A DNA stretch of 63,568 nucleotides, filler included, from Sphacelaria rigidula (lineage: Eukaryota), in NCBI GenBank assembly GCA_964200075.2. It is 7 parts of 7 records of this genome, joined end to end, with 100 filler letters (N's around TTAATTAATTAA, not from the genome) between each part and the next. Parts side by side here need not be neighbours in the genome. Positions count along the whole stretch, not along the records: positions 9,097 to 18,092 come from CAXNAA020009566.1; positions 18,193 to 27,188 come from CAXNAA020009567.1; 5 more parts are not named here. One strand, 5' to 3'. The notes beneath the pieces are model-generated. The model was not told where the DNA came from and did no database searches. It worked only from the letters and a program-made list of their open reading frames with translations. The stretch's first letter is position 1. Each line of letters begins with the position of its first letter. The translations under genes were made by a program, and so were the position numbers. Positions 11,756 through 23,985 of this stretch are shown here, in pieces.

Positions 11756-14316
11756 CTAGATGAACTGCGACAGCCACTTGAAGCCTGGATATGATTGACA
11801 ACGGAGAAGAGAAGACAAAAATGAAATGGGTGGGGACTGATGCGGGCAAGAGGGTATACATTCCTTGATGCTCCAGGGGTACATGTTTTTGAAGGTAGGT
11901 TGTTTCGGAATAGCTGGGACATGAAGATCTGCACGCGCGCTCATGTCGGTGTAAGCTAGCATAAGATTTGACAAAATAGTCGAGCCGGAAGGTGGGGAAA
12001 ATCACTTCTCTGGGAAAACATGTACCCCTCTAGCTTTCACACCCTCAACGGTATATGGTAAATGTTGGCAATACAGTGAAATTGTACTGCGTAAAGTATC
12101 GGCTTATTGGAACCATTGCCGGTCCGACAAAAGTAGCGATAGGCCTATACTTCTATACAAAGTATAGGCTTATTGCAACCACTGTCGGTCCAACAACAGT
12201 TGCGATAGGCCGATACCTCACGCAGTACAATTCTTCTTTATTGCCACTTTTGACCATATATTGTCCTTAGAGTGGCAACTTTCAAGCATAGAAGAGTCCG
12301 CAGAAATAAGAACCAGGTCCTCGTCTTCCTCGCCGCAACCTTAGTCTGCGCTGCAACTGCTGTCAAAAAATCGATTATTTTTTTTTCAGGATTCCCGCGG
12401 TCAGAACTTTGTTCATTAATGAGCACAACAACGAAAAACTTCATATATGTCGTGGTGCTTTTCTTCGACTCGAGGCACCCTGTGTACACCAGCAGGGTTA
12501 TGGCCAGCACGGGCATTGTGTGGCACCAACACATGAAGCCCGCGACACCCACGCGGAAGCGATGCTTTCCAACACGTTACACCTCGGAGCAATAGGAATA
12601 TCTTGCAACGAGACAACGCAGGCTAGCGCGTGCGCATGTTAGACAAGATCGTATGAACCGAACTTATGGTACTATAGCAGGCCATCATCATCACTGTCAT
12701 ACCTACAGATTTTCCAGCAGAAATGTTTTCGTAAGGTTGAGAGTAGAGGACACGATTGAGAGTGAAAAGCGGTCAAAAAGTGGACGAATCATTTCACTTC
12801 CGAAATGCCCCTCCACGAGGCCCGATACGCTTTCTGTAGTAGCTTGTCACTGAACCCCCTGAAATCCGCGAGTAGGGTATCGACGCGTAGCTGTAAGCAC
12901 ACGCCAGTTACAGGCAAATACAAGTCTTCACAGAAAAAAGAATTGGCAACGCTCTACTCTTAATCTCACGAAAATACTATCCACTTTTGACCTGCTGTCT
13001 CATCCGCGTTGACTGTCTGCACAACGACATTTCAGTCCGCTTTTGAGCTCTCTCAGCGTGATGATTAGAGTCAACCTCAAGCAGAGACTACCCAAGTAAT
13101 TGCAGCACACTTCCATTACGCAGCACGCTCAGCACGTCGACTGGCAGCAGGTGCATGGCGTGATACGCCAAAAGCTGCGGGCTTACGCAGACTGTGAGAT
13201 ACGGCAGTATACTGTGCGGTGAAACCGAAATGGGAAATGACCGTGGATACGTCGTGTAATTGTAATGTCAGCGAACCGATACCCGCCCTCCTGTTTCTTG
13301 TACACCCTATGCTTGAATGATTCACAGGACGAGTCAGACATTGGTAGAAAGCTGTACTCATAGGTTCCTCGACCATACCCGTACCATGTGCCACATCGTT
13401 GTTGGTGCCGAGGAAACTGCCGATAGAAACGTTCTTCAAGCGTCCGGAGGTACGTTTTGCGCGTTTCGTGGAACTAGACTCAGAAGGAAAGATCCAAATG
13501 TCTGCGCTAGAAAGCTGTTGAAACGACCTTTGGTTTAACATGTAGGTCTGTGGGTCGGGTGCGGTACTACCAGAAAAAAAAAAAAAAACAGGGTCTTAGC
13601 AGTGAAGCATGATGTTCCCCACCGTTATCGGCGGAAAAAGTACATGCCGTCAGAATGATAGACAGTCACTCGTCGTAGGCAAATATAAGGTTGGGACTTC
13701 CCTCCTGGAGCATCTGTAGCGTTACCGAGCGGATAAAAACAAAATTTATCAAACAGTGAGGACTACAACTTGTCGTTGCGAAAGATACACGAAAACTTGT
13801 CACGGGGTTGATATGTTAACATTTTTTAGAACGAAGACCACCAGGAAGTGCTGATTTTTGTTCTTGTGAATCGGGATCATTTTCAGTCATCCTCAAGTCA
13901 AAATGGTGCCGATTCACAAAGATTCATAAAAGGAAAGTCAGCAATTTAATTCCCAAAGGGTTAAAAATGAAACTGCGACATATTAAAGAGTACGAAATGC
14001 CCCTCCACGAGGCCCGTCTCACATATGTGGGTGGCGATGGCCCCCTTTTAACCCTTTGACCGCGAGCAAGGCAAGCAGAGGTCGTTTGTTGAATTAGCAT
14101 CAATTTCACTTGAAAATGGATGCATTGTGAAATGTCCTACCCTCGCAAAGGGTGAAACAGAAGAGAATGCAAAAAAGAAAATTTGAGAGTAACTCACCAT
14201 CGGCGTATCCCATCCGCTTAACAACGGAACACATGTACAGCTCGATTGGCCGGACCCCGGGGTTTGCGTCGGGCTTCGTCGCTTTTCCGAAGGTGTCGTA
14301 CAGCCCCATCGCGTAC
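11756..14316 (-). CDS. SAR1: Small GTPase SAR1 (COPII), last two coding exons
   Basis: Exon 14316-14198 (cag|G TAC...GAT G|gtgagt) encodes (R)[39 protein letters not shown]. Exon 11784-11756 (cag|GC TTC...TAG) encodes (G)FKWLSQFI*. Phases match, and [27 protein letters not shown] is the canonical Sar1 C-terminus. Upstream exons were not found in this contig. Confidence 0.93.
12038..12275. mobile_element. Palindromic MITE with an internal ~66-bp tandem duplication, in the SAR1 last intron
   Basis: Left arm ...TATATGGTAAATGTTGGCAATACAGTGAAATTGTACTGCG pairs with right arm CGCAGTACAATTCTTCTTTATTGCCACTTTTGACCATATA. The interior has two copies of GTAT(C/A)GGCTTATTG(G/C)AACCA..GGTCC(G/A)ACAA..GCGATAGGCC. 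Confidence 0.65.
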
Positions 14317-16603
14317 CTGCAGTCAGTCAATCGAAGGCAACAAAAAAAAACAGCAAAAAAGGTTGCGTTACTTGAGTTTAATATATACGGTATTATATAT
14401 ATGGACAAGAATAAAAAAGATCCATTTACCTCCCTCTCTACTTTGCTTTCCCCTTTCCGCTTGAACAAACTTTTGTCACGGAGCACCTCACATCATCCAA
14501 CATATGTACACACGTGTCTATCGTACGACGGAGCGGAATAAGGACATCCACTGCGCACGGAAGACCACCTCGAGGTGTATGACACATCTGATCTATACTG
14601 GACAGGGCATATATATCCTTCGCATACCAACATCAGCATTTTTCTTCTTCATTTTTTGTTGCCCTTGTTCACAATTTCAGACCCGTCCCCTATCCTCCGG
14701 ACGAGTCCGAAGCCTTCAGGACTCAACTTCCTCCATCTCTCCGCAGGGACCTGCTTGACACTTTTGTTATCGGGCATTGGATCAGAATTGCCCGCAACCT
14801 TTCAAATTTCATCAAACCATCCATTTTCTGTTCACGTTCTCACGCTTTTTGAACATTAGGATACGAAATACGAAATGCCGTAGATCGCTCCTGGATGAAT
14901 CAATGTCCGTTCACAAGAGTCTAATATTTCTTCTCTCGCCCATGACGTCGCCGATGAAGTGTCCCGGGGAGAAAGGTGCCCCTTGTACGTAGCATCGTGC
15001 CCCACTGAAACCTCTTGGGGCCGAATATTGCGGGATTCGAATTCTGCACACATAGGGGTTTCATTCCGATCAAGTTATATCTGATTTCCGTTCTTCAACA
15101 CGTGAGAACGGTTATAGCAAATATACATACATACATGTATAGGCAGAATCGATGCGATGCGGACGTGCAGATGGTCATGATCCAATTCGCCATGCCTCGG
15201 ACTGTTCGGTTCGGCGGGTTTTTTTCTCTTGATTCGTATCATCAAATGCTTGTGGTGCTCGTTGCGTAAAACGAAGCTCTTCATCAGCCAGGCACGTGCC
15301 AGCTTGTCGGCTACACATAATTGACTTGAAGCTGTGCACGGCGCTGAACCACGCAGCAGCCCAGCCCACACCCCGCAGTGCCCTGTCGACACTGTACTGC
15401 TGCATAGTCTCTGCTGCTCTTGGCCGCGCTCTACTGAGAGATACGCACGAGGTCCTTCGCTTCTACACATGAGGCAGCTGCTGCACCGGGAACCTAGGCC
15501 GGTGTGATGGTCGACTTACGTCACCAACATTATTTTGACTTCCTTGCTATGGTAGCGCGCAAGATCCATCTGCACCAACTCTGGTAACAAGTGAACAGCA
15601 GTTCGAGAATTCTAAAGATTCCAGTATGGTCCGTGACATATATTGATTTCAGTATACCTCACGCACCAGTCCCGCAGCCTCCGATCTCTTTTTTGGCGGG
15701 ACTATCAAATAGCGACTTTGTACCGGAGGAGGTGTCACCATCAGAGCGTGACAGTCCAAGCGTCATCTACTCCGTCATATGAGTGAAATTGTGGGAAGCC
15801 ATGACTTGGGATAATGTAGTCGACAATGCCGGCCTGTAGTAGATGCAGCAAAGTGAGCACAGCACTGTACAACCGAAAGAAGTCGACATCAAAATCCTTC
15901 AAAACCTTCCATGTGGCTACGCTCGCAGTCACAAAAACACTTTCGGATTTCGAATCTCGACACGTTCAAAACCAAAACAAAATCTTCAATGTACGAGCTG
16001 GGCCAGCTTAAAAGCTGCTAAAAGTTGCTCACACCACAGCTTCCCCAGTTTCCCGAATGAACCCGATGTTACCACATCACTGTGTACTGCTGACCCCCCT
16101 GATGACGAAGGACTGCGTCGCTGTTCGATTGGCGTGGTATTGCCGATGACGTTTTCGTACTGCATGGAGTACCGGGTGGGTCTGATATCGTTGAGCCATA
16201 GCGTGTCGGAGTGCGTTTATTTTTTTGAATGCGGCGGGTTCACGTCAGCAGTCACCCCGCACTGGGTATTAGTGGGGTGCAGCAACGGCCCAATTCGACG
16301 AGTCTTGAGCTGAAATTCCAGGAAGACCTTGTGCACCCAAGGCACTGATACTTCACGAGTCCAGCTGCAGATTCTCCTTTTTTCCCTAGATTTATGGCAT
16401 CATCTATTTTTCTGAAAATTCGAATCCCCATAACTTTCTTGTTTTGTTTTGTTTTATTTGCTGCTCTCGTGATCTTTGGCATTTCGATCATGAAAAGCTT
16501 CTGTCAAAATTTCAGCGTCCAACTCCTAATATCTCGCCGTGCGTCGCCTGAGCTAGGTTCGCGCCTACTCTGGGCTGGCCCAGCTCGTAAGACCACCCTG
16601 TAG

Positions 16604-17130
16604 GCAGCCAATTCCGAAATCTGGCGGGACCCGACTTTGTGCCAAATCGGGGGGACCCAGATTCGTGACACTCAGATTGGTGTGTACCCCTGTATAGCTT
16701 CTCACATATTCGTTGAAATTGTTCTCAACACGAACGGTCATTTTCTGGGCGGGTGTGGTATCACAGTGAAGTCGCAGAATAGGCAGGAAGGGAATCATCC
16801 TTCAAGAGCAGCGTCATACCGTGGTACCCTTGGGCATGATGCAGTGCAGTACACTCCATAATCACCGTACACAATAGTGCCGTGTGGTAATACATCATGG
16901 TACAGTCGGTATTGCGAGAACAGTGCACAGTGTGCCGCAAGAGTTCACGAGTGCAGTGTCATTCATCACCCTGCAACAACAACCGCGACAGCAGAGTGCA
17001 TGACAGTACAGTACCGTTCGTAATTATGATACATGCAGCAGCACAGTGCAGCGTAAAATTTTGTCATCACCGCAGCGTACGGCGTCAACACTTCCTATCC
17101 GCTTGTCGAGCCCCGTGCGGAGCTGCTCCA
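16604..17130 (+). repeat. Dispersed repeat, copy 1 (about 530 bp, unclassified non-autonomous element)
   Basis: Colinear and highly similar to 19292-19813 on a different contig, e.g. TCTGGCGGGACCCGA..TGTGCCAAATCGGGGGGACCCAGATT and GGGAATCATCCTTCAAGAGCAGCGTC. Confidence 0.8.
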
Positions 17131-18192
17131 ACTGCCGCCGCTCGTAGGCACTGTCTGTGCTGTCACGAGATTGTCTGCTGCTATTGTTGCAAAAATACCA
17201 AACGCCTGTCTCCTCGTCACTGTACGTCAAGATACCTACGTCAGTTGGTAGAGATTCGGGGGACCTCGATTTTCCACGGATCTGCGCTCAGATTCGTGTA
17301 AAACCATTCTCAAATCGTGATAAACGAATCTGAGCTTCCCCGAGTTGGGCCAAATTGGGGTCCATACAGCTAACTTGCCGTCAATGAATTGATGCCGGGA
17401 CTTCCAAATATTACCAGAAGCTTACACGAAGAATGGAGAATTAAAAAACGGAAAACATGTCTGCGCAAAAACTCAACTGCCTCATAGAAAAACTCCACTC
17501 CCTGGGCGGTGACAATATGTGGTCAATAGATTCAATATACAAAATATGTACTGGATACATTATGGGCATATTGCAACTATTGACGGCGGACAATAGTTTT
17601 AACAGGTCTCTACTTTACCCAGTATATTTCTTGTCCAGTGCATATATTGAGCATATGTGTAGAGTGTGAAGAAGTTCAAAAGGTTTGACAGATCATGATC
17701 CGTCCGAAATAACTATTCAAGGCGAAACTCTCGGATCCGTCCGTCCAAAAATACCAAAATATGAGATATGTGACCGCGGAGTCAGAAAAGCCAAAGCGCA
17801 ACCTTTACGCCCCTCGGCGTGCTCAGCGCCCAGCGCTGTAGGTATCCAACAAGAAAGAGGGGGACCAAATGATCCGGATCATGATCCAGATTGTGGCCCG
17901 CGTTTCAAGTCGTTGGATCAAGCGAACCATCTCCGAGGACCGTAGTTCAACACCTGATGTCAAGTCGTTCTTCTAGTAAATCAATACGATGCAAGCACAC
18001 CAGATGGACACACCTAGCCAGTCGAAAAATTACGCCGATTTGTTTGTTCCGGTTACACTCCCCCCCCCCCCCCTCCTCTAGCCTGGTCCCGCNNNNNNNN
18101 NNNNNNNNNNNNNNNNNNNNNNNNNNNNNNNNNNNNTTAATTAATTAANNNNNNNNNNNNNNNNNNNNNNNNNNNNNNNNNNNNNNNNNNNN

Positions 18193-18540
18193 AAAAAATG
18201 AGGCGGTGGAATCGATTTGGGCGAAAATTTCTCGTTTTGATGCTGTTGGGTCCGGACGGATTTTCAAGCTTTCGATCGAAAAAAGACAGTGAAATTCGTG
18301 AAACGGTATATGGTCACTCGTGTACAGTACGGGCAGTCTTGAGTGCGCACTGCTTGCAAGTAGGGTGTCTCGAGTGCGTGTGTGCGTGTTTCGTGCAGGA
18401 GAAAATAAAGGGGGAGCGGACAACGTGCAGTGCTGACAGCCCAGGACTATCAGTTGTCTGCTTACAATGCGACGTGAAAAGGACTTCAGCAAGCAACGTG
18501 CAGCTTTGTACTGCCTGCACTGTCCATGAGCGTGCACGAA
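18193..18540 (+). repeat. Dispersed repeat; diverged inverted copy at about 22600-22940
   Basis: Shares blocks such as GTGAAATTCGTG, ACAATGCGACGT(G/A)AAAAGGACT and GCAGCTTTGTAC with the reverse complement of 22600-22940. Confidence 0.6.
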
Positions 18541-18987
18541 ACTCGGTCGCCCACCGTACCACGCAGTTCCGTCCCTGATGCCTACCATGAGAGAAGATGC
18601 GAAAGTTTTCGCCAACAACAAATAAACAAAGCACACCCCACTACTGTACTGTTGTATCTATCCCTGTGCTGAACTCGTGCTCTATGCTGCAGGTGGCGGT
18701 GGTAGCTGAGAGCGAGTTGGATAGAGTTTTGCATGGTCCCATGAACAGGTGTTATCTGGCGTGGTGGTCTGTAAAATAGGAGTCAAGTGCCGCTTCGTGC
18801 CTTTCGACCGCATGTTTTTCGATCGAAAACGATTGTTTTTTACCTCGTTGCATTCTTCTCCGCGCGCCGCTAACTATAATTTTGAGTTGAAGCCTTCAAG
18901 GAACATAAATGCGGTGGACCTGTGAGATCGGCAAAAAAAATCGACCGCACTTTCTCGATCGAAAAAAAAAAGGTGCTAAGACACGCC

Positions 18988-19186
18988 CTTAGGCCATGTC
19001 TTAGCACGTGGAGTTTTTGATCGAAAAAAGTGCGGTGGAAAACAAAAATCCTGATCTTATAGGTCATGATTTCAATCATCTTCAAAATCAACGACGATGG
19101 TTGAAATTACGACCTATAAAATCAGGATCCTTGCTCCCCACCGCACCCTTTCGATCGAAAACTAACGTGCTAAGACAGGGCCTAAG
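18988..19186. mobile_element. Long-inverted-repeat MITE (~95-bp imperfect arms)
   Basis: CTTAGGCCATGTCTTAGCACGT...GATCGAAAAAAGTGCGGTGG...ATCCTGATCTTATAGGTCATGATTTCAATCATC pairs with GATGGTTGAAATTACGACCTATAAAATCAGGAT...CCACCGCACCCTTTCGATC...ACGTGCTAAGACAGGGCCTAAG. Related sequence at about 40398-40780. Confidence 0.7.
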
Positions 19187-19291
19187 ACACGCCCTAATCC
19201 GATGGTATGTAATCACCGACCGTCAGCCGAATGTGGCCAGAAGTTGGGATGTGGTGAATTTTGGACGTCTCGGTGAGAACAATTTGTATGG

Positions 19292-19813
19292 AGCAGCCAA
19301 TCCCGAATCTGGCGGGACCCGAATCTGTGCCAAATCGGGGGGACCCAGATTTGTGAAACTCATATTCGTGTGTACCCCTGTATGGCTTCACAGATTTGTT
19401 GAAACTGTTCTGTACACGAACGGTCATTTTCTGGGCGGGTGTGGTATGACAGTGAAGCCGAAGAACAGGCAGAGAGGGAATCATCCTTCAAGAGCAGCGT
19501 CGTACCGTGATACCCTAGGGTATGATGCAGTGCAGTACACTGTACAGTCACAGCACACGATAATGCCGTGTGGTGACACATGATGGTACCGTCGGTATTG
19601 CGAAAACAGTGCACCGTGTGCGACAAGAGTTCACGAGTGCAGTGTCATTCATCATCCTGCTGCAACAACCGCGACAACAGAGTATAGGACAGTACAGTAC
19701 CGTTCGTTGTAATGATACATACAGCAGCACAGTGCAGCATAAAATGTTGCCATCACCGCAGGGTACGGCGTGAACACTTCTTATCCGCTTGTCAAACCCC
19801 GTGCGGAGCTGCT
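19292..19813 (+). repeat. Dispersed repeat, copy 2 (same family as 16604-17130)
   Basis: Colinear similarity to 16604-17130. Confidence 0.8.
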
Positions 19814-21345
19814 CGTCGTCTCCGAACAGTTGTATAGGCGCACAGTCCCGAGACATCCGGGAGTTTCCATCGCTCGGGGGGGGTTAGGGGGGGGGGGGTC
19901 TGTACGCAGAGCACCGCCGAAGCCCACGGAGTCAACCATGCGTGTTTGGAAGTTTCCCGCGGAAAATTATGGGCCGTGCAAGGGGCTCGAGAGGCGTGGT
20001 ATGACCATTCTGACCAATCACGGTCGTCAAAATGAGCACTTTTGTAACGTTTCCAGAAGACTGCTCGAAGACTGCTTTCGTCGTCAGGCATGAAAGCTCA
20101 TTATGGTCTCCTGAAATCAACCATAGATTACATAAACCAAAAAGCATGTGTTCGAGCAAGCTGGACACACTGTGTCTGTGTGTTCAGTGACGCCTCAGCT
20201 TCGTTTGCACACCCCTATCTGGTATACAACGTAATGGCGCAACACGCAAGCACCCGTCACGACCACCCTACGCACGTAGCGGTAGATGCGTTCTGCGACG
20301 GAGATGAGACCGCTATTGCGGATCAGTTATTGGAGGTTTGCGAAAACTCAACACACCGTCCTGGAGAGTTCGCTCACGAGACTGCAGCGACTGTCGGGCG
20401 AGGCGGCGCATACGCAATGGGCCCACCCCAGAGCTGGACGCTAGTGTGAAGGTTGACGCGCTCATGTAGGCGGCCGCGGCTCATGTTGATCTGTGCTGGG
20501 AGACGTGGCGGCCAATTAGGGATCGACGTCTGCCAAGAAATACCGCGATCAGGTGAGGACAAGCCTCTGTGTATCTGTGCATGGTGAGGTCGTGTGTGAC
20601 CTGCTTATGGAGGTGTCGTCGCCATCAAACTAACTCACGCTCAGAGGTTAGACCCGTTTTGGCACATGGTGCAGTAAGTAATATGTAGCACTGTACGGTT
20701 ACGTGACGGTGGTCTTATTGGGAGGTACCGCACTTGCTTTGTACAAGGGGGCGCTATCGCGTCACACCGACCGCATGTGCAGTAGACGATACTCACACTC
20801 AGGATATACTGTTGTACTACAATATATAATATTAAGTATATACAGTAAGGGCTAGGGTTAGGTTTTTTCATACTATCTTAAAATATACTGTACTGTCTGT
20901 ACAGTGTAGATGTACTGTACTGTACAGTACAGAGGCCGCTACCCTGGAAGCCTTCCAGGTAGGGAGGTGTGCCATGCGGCCTATTTCACAGGTACTCGCG
21001 AGTGTGCGATGTGCGACGTCGATGACCTGCTGCTATTAAAAATTAGCACGCAACACACTACATACAAGTGCGGTGCCTACAGTCACGCTCTAGTTACGGG
21101 CAGCTATCGGTGCTCCGGTTTTAATTTATGTGATGACATTGCAGACTGCACAGGCACCCTAGGTTATTGGTAGATACCAGTACCCGGTACCGGTATTTGG
21201 AACATCCCACACACTTAAACTAGTGCACACCATTTATCGCTAGCTACGGTCGCAACCCTGCAGCATGAAGCAGGAGTTGAGCATAAGGATGGATGCGCTG
21301 AAGTAGTTGCGTATACCGTGTGTATAGTTTGTCGGCGAAAACTTG

Positions 21346-22521
21346 CACACGTCGGACGAGTCATTACTTGTCGGAACGAGTGCATTTGCTAGTGCTTCTT
21401 GAAAACACCACGAGCATGACTCGTGTGCTCGACTTATTTATTTGTCTTCACAAAGACCGATGACTCGTAGTCATGATGTGTCCACGACGAACAATGACTC
21501 GAGAGCTAAACCTATGAACTTTCTTTGCCACGAGCAATGACTCGAGCGCTCGCCCTATAATTTTTTTCTCCACCACAGGCAATGACTCGAGTACTCGCCC
21601 TATGGTTTTTCCACACGCCGGAGGAGCACTAGTATTACTCGTGGCACTCGCACTCGTTGGGCTGCCCCTTGGCGTTACAAATTAATGGGGCGAACACTCG
21701 AGTCATCGCTCGTTGTGGAAAAAATAATAAGGCGAGCACTCGGGTCATTGCTCATGATGAACGGCTTGAGTGGAGTAGTCAGCAATCCGACGAGCAAATA
21801 ATTTTAATGTGCTCTTCGACGATCTTGAACCTAGAATCTTCACTTCGTACCCATATGCATGTCTGCACATGTATAAGCGTCCAGCCCCAAAGTTCGTTTT
21901 CATTTATCCAAGCACCCCCGACACACGTACAGATCAGAGTTATACTAAAGCAGCGGAGAGTATCTCTCGAGTAATACATTTACATTTTTTTAGGGCGTGC
22001 TCGCTGTGGGAAGATGACGGCATGCAAGTCATGGCTTGCTGTAAAAAAAATAGTGACTTGAGCACGTTCTAAAAAAATAATGGCTCGAGCACGTTCTGAA
22101 CAAGATATGGACTCGAGCACACGAGTTATTGCTCAGTGTGACAAACATTAATGACTCGAGCACACGAGCCATTGCTCGTTGTGACGAAAATTAATGACTT
22201 GAGCACACGAATCATTGCTCGTTGTGAAAAAAATTAATGACTCGAGCACACGAGTCGTTACTCGTTGTAAAAAAATAATGACTCGGGCACATGAGGCATG
22301 CTCGTTGTGTTTGACAAAAATCCACGAGTGCACTCGTTTCGCCGAGTAATGACTACTCTGACGTGTGATTTTCTTTCACCACGAGCAATGACTCGAGTAC
22401 TCGCCCTAATATTTTTTTCACCACAAGCAATGACTCGAGTACTCACCCTATTACTTTTTTTCACCACGAGCAGCCCAACGTGTGCGAGACACGATTCATA
22501 CTCGTGCTCGTCCGACGTGTG
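21346..22521. mobile_element. Non-autonomous TIR DNA transposon (hAT/P-like) with an 8-bp TSD and internal ~42-bp repeat arrays
   Basis: Perfect 15-bp TIR CACACGTCGGACGAG ... CTCGTCCGACGTGTG. Direct repeat AAAACTTG at 21338-21345 and 22522-22529. The interior is built from ATGACTCGAG/CTCGAGTCAT units in both orientations. No transposase ORF. Confidence 0.85.
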
Positions 22522-23780
22522 AAAACTTGATCATCTTCTTTCATCGTAGGGACCAGGGTTAAATTGGCGTGGTAAGGTGGCCAATCCCCTCGCGGACGCG
22601 GTCACAGACACAATGCATGTACAAAGCTGCGCGTTGTCCGAGTCCTTTTTACGTCGCATTGTGGGCAGAGAGAACAGATGGTGCTGCCGTGGAAGTTCTG
22701 CATGTTGCCCGAGCCTCTTTCACATCCTCCTGCCTGAAGTACGCAGATACGAACTCCACATACACTGCATTCAAACAGTGCATGCAGTACGGGCTGCCTG
22801 TATTGTTCACAAACGAACATGTACCGCTGCACGAATTTCACCATCCTTTTCCGATAAAAAGCGTGAAAATTCGCTTCGACCCACCTCGAGAGGAACGGAG
22901 CGAATTTCGCCAAAATTAATCGCCATCGCTCCATTTTTTCGATGGAAGATTGCTGCAAGACACTGACTCAGTGCGTTATGCCGTCGGCGCGCAAACTGCC
23001 ATAGACGCCTCCGTCAAAGCGTGTTTTCGATGTTGGGACGGCCACCAAATGCGTCGACCCTAAGCTCGAACGCGGTGCGGAAATGACGAGATAGAATGAT
23101 TTCAACGGTTTGGTGATTGCAGCGTTTTCTATATGTATTTTCTGTCGAAAGCCCTGGTGATAGCTCCTCGTATCCGTGTACAGTACCGCCATTGCATGCG
23201 AAAGTATTCCCATCTTTTACTAGAGCTGCGCGATCGGGCCATGTTTTTGCCGAAACAACTGATATCGGAAAGAAGTTGGGAGCTCGCATGCACGAAGTAA
23301 AGAGTACAAACCTTGGGGGATGGAATCCACATTTCGTCCATCCCATTGGTGACACAAGTCCCATGACACCAGCAGGGCGCGGCAGCAGTTTTGTGATACG
23401 ATACGATTAGTTTTTGTCGAACCGCGGGTTCGCACTCACATATTATCTCGTCTTCGCCGTTTCTATGGTATGGCATGAACACTACCTCTTGCCTCCGTAC
23501 TTCAGCGCCCATCTCCCACATCAAATTCTGTTCATGCCTACCATTCCGGCCACAGAATGTCGTGGCCGGCGCACGTTGTGCGTGCGCCGCTGTCATGCAC
23601 ACTGCATCCGCGCCACACCGTCGGCGATGCACACGATGCTTGCGCTGTTTTCTCTCTCTCTGTCTTCAATATTTCATTGCGATCACCGTGTCCATGCCGC
23701 GCCCGTCACCGCTAACCCTTGACTCCCTGTGCAGGCGGCCTTCAGGCTAAGGAAATCGCTCGGAGCACATGGAGAGATTC

Positions 23781-23985
23781 CAAGGGTAGGTCGAGTAGAG
23801 TATATTCAATTGCGGGGTATTTTGAAAGTCGTACTTCAAGTACATAAATTGGGGGTAGGGTTTCAGGGATCGCTCTCCGGTTATTTTTGGGGTACGACTC
23901 CCACCACTCTACCCTAATTTGAGTACCCCAAGTACCTCTTGCAAAATCCCCCGCATCTGAGTATACTCTACTCGACCTACCCTTG
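23781..23985. mobile_element. 205-bp MITE with long TIRs and an 8-bp TSD (hAT/P-like)
   Basis: TIR CAAGGGTAGGTCGAGTAGAGTATA ... TATACTCTACTCGACCTACCCTTG (24 bp perfect, extending imperfectly to ~75 bp). TSD AGAGATTC at 23773-23780 and 23986-23993. Confidence 0.88.

Noticed and set aside
18693..20552. Possible exons at about 18693-18748 and about 20285-20552
   Set aside because: Splice-like signals exist, but the frames contain stops and no protein family was recognised.
22110..22310. Palindromic repeats resembling CRISPR direct repeats
   Set aside because: The units abut without unique spacers and lie inside a TIR/TSD-bounded element.
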